Origin: Eledone cirrhosa
Taxonomy: Eukaryota
DNA length: 64,000 bases
Reading direction: 5' to 3'
NCBI GenBank assembly: GCA_964016885.1
Contig: OZ024741.1
Coordinates: 396,490,001-396,554,000 of the forward strand
Every line of letters starts with the position of its first letter. Position 1 is the stretch's first letter. A program made the position numbers and the translations under genes. The notes beneath the pieces were generated by a model. It saw only the letters and a program-made list of their open reading frames with translations. It was not told the origin of the DNA and did no database searches. Positions 59,881 to 64,000 of the stretch are shown in pieces.

Positions 59881-61679
59881 CATCAATCAGTCACACCACA
59901 AGGGTCAAAGTGCATCAATCAGTTACACCACAAGAGTCAATGTGCATCAATCAGTTACACCACAAGAGTCAAAGTGCATCAATCAGACACACCACAAGGG
60001 TCAAAGTGCATCAATCAGTTACACCACAAGAGTCAAAGTGCATCAATGAGTTACACCACAAGAGTCAAAGTGCATCAATCAGTCACACCACAAGGGTCAA
60101 AGTGCATCAATCAGTCACACCACAAGGGTCAAAGTGCATCAATCAGTCAGACCACAAGGGTCAAAGTGCATCAATCAGTCACACCACAAGTGTCAAAGTG
60201 CATCAATCAGTCACACCACAAGAGTCAAAGTGCATCAATGAGTCACACCACAAGGGTCAAAGTGCATCAATCAGTCACACCACAAGGGTCAAAGTGCATC
60301 AATCATTCACACCACAAGGGTCAAAGTGCATCAATCAGTCGCACCACAAGGGTCAAAGTGCATCAAATCAATCAGTCACACCACAAGAGTCAAAGTGCAT
60401 CAATCAGTCACACCACAAGGGTCAAATTCCTTCAATCAGTCACACCACAAGGGTCAAAGTGCATCAATCAGTCACACCACAAGGGTCAAAGTGCATCAAT
60501 CAGTCACACCACAAGAGTCAAAGTGCTTCAATCAGTCACACCACAAGGGTCAAATTCCTTCAATCAGTCACACCACAAGGGTCAAAGTGCATCAATCAGT
60601 CACACCAGAAGGGTCAAAGTGCATCAATCAGTCACACCACAAGGGTCAAAGTGCATCAATCAGTCACACCACAAGGGTCAAAGTGCATCAATCAGTCACA
60701 CCACAAGAGTCAAAGTGCATCAATCAGTCACACCACAAGAGTCAAAGTGCTTCAATCAGTCACACCACAAGGGTCAAATTCCTTCAATCAGTCACACCAC
60801 AAGGGTCAAAGTGCATCAATCAGTCACACCACAAGGGTCAAAGTGCATCAATCAGTCACACCACAAGGGTCAAAGTGCATCAATCAGTCACACCACAAGG
60901 GTCAAAGTGCATCAATCAGTCACACCACAAGGGTCAAAGTGCATCACAGTCACACCACAAGTGTCAAAGTGCATCAATCAGTCACACCACAAGGGTCAAA
61001 GAGCATCAATCAGTCACACAACAAGAGTCAAAGTGCATCAATCAGCCACACCACAAGGTTAAAGTGCATCAATCAGTCACACCACAAGGGTCAAAGTGCA
61101 TCAATCAGTCAGACCACAAGGGTCAAAGTGGATCAATCAGTCACACCACAAGGGTCAAAGTGCATCAATCAATCACACCACAAGGGTCAAAGTGCATCAA
61201 TCAGTCACACCACAAGAGTCAAGGGGCACCAATCAGTCACACCACAAGGGTCAAATTCCTTCAATCAGTCACACCACAAGGGTCAAAGTGCATCAATCAG
61301 TCACACCTCAAGAGTCAAGGGGCACCAATCAGTCACACCACAAGGGTCAAATTCCTTCAATCAGTCACACCACAAGGGTCAAAGTGCATCAATCAGTCAC
61401 ACCACAAGGGTCAAAGTGCATCAATCAGTCACACCACAAGGGTCAAAGTGCATCAATCAGTCACACCACAAGAGTCAAAGTGCATCAATCAGTCACACCA
61501 CAAGGGTCAAAGTGCATCAATCAGTCACACCACAAGGGTCAAAGTGCATCAATCAGTCACACCACAAGGGTCAAAGTGCATCAATCAGTCACACCACAAG
61601 AGTCAAAGTGCATCAATCAGTCACACCACAAGGGTCAAATTCCTTCAATCAGTCACACCACAAGAGTCAAAGTGCATCA

Positions 61680-64000
61680 ATCAGTCACACCACAAGGGTC
61701 AAAGTGCATCTATCAGTCACACCACAAGAGTCAAAGTGCATCAATCAGCCACACCACAAGAGTCAAAGTGCATCAATCAGTTACACCACAAGAGTCAAAG
61801 TGCACCTATCAGTCACACCACAAGAGTCAAAGTGCATCAATCAGTCCCACCACAAGAGTCAAAGTGCATCAATCAGTTACACCACAAGAGTCAAAGTGCA
61901 TCAATCAGTCACACCACAAGGGTCAAAGTGCATCAATCAGCCACACCACAAGGGTCAAAGTGCATCAATCAGTCACACCACAAGAGTCAAAGTGTTTCAA
62001 TCAGTCACACCACAAGGGTCAAAGTGCATCAATCAGTCACACCACAAGGGTCAAAGTGTTTCAATCAGTCACACCACTAGGGTCAAAGTGCATCAATCAG
62101 TCACACCACAAGAGTCAAAGTGCATCAATCAGTCACACCACAAGGGTCAAAGTGCATCAATCAGTCACACCACAAGAGTCAAAGTGTTTCAATAAGTCAC
62201 ACCACAAGGGTCAAAGTGCATCAATCAGTCACACCACAAGGGTCAAAGTGCATCAATCAGTCACATCACAAGAGTCAAAGTGTTTCAATCAGTCACACCA
62301 CAAGGGTCAAAGTGCATCAATCAGTCACACCACAAGGGTCAAAGTGCATCAATCAGTCACACCACAAGGGTCAAAGTGCATCAATCAGTCACACCACAAG
62401 GGTCAAATTCCTTCAATCAGTCACACCACAAGGGTCAAAGTGCATCAATCAGTCACACCACAAGGGTCAAAGTGCATCAATCAGTCACACCACAAGGGTC
62501 AAATTCCTTCAATCAGTCACACCACAAGGGTCAAATTCCTTCAATCAGTCACACCACAAGAGTCAAAGTGCATCAATCAGTCACACCACAAGGGTCAAAG
62601 TGCATCAATCAGTCACACCACAAGGGTCAAATTCCTTCAATCAGTCACACCACAAGAGTCAAAGTGCATCAATCAGTCACACCACAAAAGTCAAAGTGCA
62701 TCAATCAGTTACACCACAAGGGTCAAATTCCTTCAATCAGTCACACCACAAGAGTCAAAGTGCATCAATCAGTCACACCACAAGGGTCAAAGTGCATCAA
62801 TCAGTCACACCACAAGGGTCAAAGTGCATGAATCATTCACACCACAAGGGTCAAAATGCATCAATCAGTCACACCACAAGGGTCAAAGTGCATCAATCAG
62901 TCACACCACAAGAGTCAAAGTGCATCAATCAGTCACACCACAAGGGTCAAAGTGCATCAATCAGTCACACCACAAGGGTCAAAGTGCATCAATCAGTCAC
63001 ACCACAAGGGTCAAAGTGCATCAATCAGTCACACCACAAGAGTCAAAGTGCATCAATCAGTCACACCACAAGGGTCAAATTCCTTCAATCAGTCACACCA
63101 CAAGAGTCAAAGTGCATCAATGAGTCACACCACAAGGGTCGAAGTGCATCAATCAGTCACACCACAAGGGTCAAAGTGTTTCAATCAGTCACACCACAAG
63201 GGTCAAAGTGCATCAATCAGTCACACCACAAGGGTCAAAGTGTTTCAATCAGTCACACCACAAGAGTCAAAGTGCATCAATCAGTCACACCACAAGGGTC
63301 AAAGTGCATCAATCAGTCACACCACAAGGGTCAAAGTGCATCAATCAGTTACACCACAAGAGTCAAAGTGCATCAATCAGTCACACCACAAGAGTCAAAG
63401 TGCATCAATCAGTCACACCACAAGAGTCGAAGTGAATCAATCAGTCACACCACAAGGTCAAAGTGCATCAATCAGTCACACCACAAGAGTCAAAGTGCAT
63501 CAATCAGTCACACCACAAGGGTCAAATTCCTTCAATCAGTCACACCACAAGAGTCAAAGTGCATCAATCAGTCACAACACAAGAGTCAAAGTGCATCAAT
63601 CAGTCACACCACAAGGATCAAATTCCTTCAATCAGTCACACCACAAGAATCAAAGTGCATCAATCAGTCACACCACAAGAGTCAAAGTGCATCAATCAGT
63701 CACACTACAAGGGTCAAAGTGCATCAATCAGTCACACCACCAGGGTCAAATTCCTTCAATCAGTCACACCACAAGGGTCAAATTCCTTCAATCAGTCACA
63801 CCACAAGAGTCAAAGTGCATCAATCAGTCACACCACGAGGGTCAAAGTGCATCAATCAGTTACAGCACAAGAGTCAAAGTGCATCAATCAGTCACACCAC
63901 AAGAGTCAAAGTGCATCAATCAGTCACACCACAAGAGTCAAAGTGCATCAATCAGTCACACCACAAGGGTCAAAGTGCATCAATCAGTCACACCACAACA
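61680..64000 (+). repeat. Partial fourth copy of the large higher-order unit (matches about 53296-55616, offset 8384 = 262 monomers), truncated by the window end
   Basis: ORF pairs 53896/62280 and 54824/63208. Shared variants CACTAGGG, CACATCAC, GCATGAATCATTC and AAGGATCAAATTCC...AAGAATC. Confidence 0.87.

Larger units (their letters stand above)
1..64000 (+). repeat. Tandem satellite array, 32-bp monomer CATCAATCAGTCACACCACAAG(G/A)GTCAAAGTG, about 2,000 copies, single orientation, extends past both window edges
   Basis: The monomer is directly readable in every line, and successive ORF-track starts differ by multiples of 32 (e.g. 30/62, 6266/6298). Consensus composition is 12A/9C/6G/5T (47% GC). 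No non-repeat sequence seen. Confidence 0.99.

Noticed and set aside
30-63435. Long + strand ORFs as real CDS (mucin-like or His-rich repeat protein)
   Set aside because: They overlap in all three frames with the same peptide, nearly all start at the repeat's GTG, and have no unique N- or C-terminus or domain. The repeat unit is not a multiple of 3, and stops and frameshifts are freely amplified.
1-64000. CRISPR array (32-bp repeat length)
   Set aside because: Repeats abut directly with no unique spacers, and there is no leader, cas gene or palindromic repeat structure.
1-64000. Telomerase-made telomeric repeat (minus strand contains TGTGGTGT, as in some budding-yeast long telomere repeats)
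   Set aside because: Kb-scale duplications of variant patterns indicate recombinational amplification rather than templated addition, and the array is far longer than such telomeres. The 8-bp resemblance can be chance. A subtelomeric location is not excluded.
1-64000. Embedded transposon, unique island, inversion, or tRNA/rRNA gene
   Set aside because: I found no departure from the 32-bp register larger than a few bases and no reverse-orientation monomers; the ORF track has no minus-strand or non-repeat ORFs.
1-64000. Synthetic or simulated sequence, or sequencing concatemer
   Set aside because: The hierarchical shared variants, with private SNPs between duplicate copies, fit natural satellite evolution rather than random error on a single template. 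Local mis-assembly remains possible.

Overview
The whole 64 kb window is one uninterrupted head-to-tail tandem array (satellite/large minisatellite) of a 32-bp monomer, consensus CATCAATCAGTCACACCACAAG(G/A)GTCAAAGTG. There are about 2,000 copies, all in the same orientation, and the array runs off both ends. I see no unique DNA, inversion, transposon, RNA gene or credible protein-coding gene. The ORF track is a by-product of the monomer: the + strand consensus has no TAA/TAG/TGA in any frame, and nearly all starts are the GTG in AAAGTGCAT. The real information is in the monomer variants, which act as a barcode. They show nested, irregular higher-order duplications (96, 165, 192, 256, 1696, 1699, 2658, 3550, 5079 bp, and a 5.2-6.2 kb unit in 3+ copies), two variant domains (about 1-27 kb and 32-64 kb) separated by a more heterogeneous zone, and blocks shared across 42-53 kb. 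The monomer also packs several metazoan TF-like motifs (PBX, T-box, RUNX, nuclear-receptor DR1); any function for these is speculative. The organism cannot be identified from the sequence, though a eukaryotic satellite is most likely. I found no evidence for a novel gene-based system. Duplication boundaries were read by eye and from ORF-track offsets, so they are approximate.
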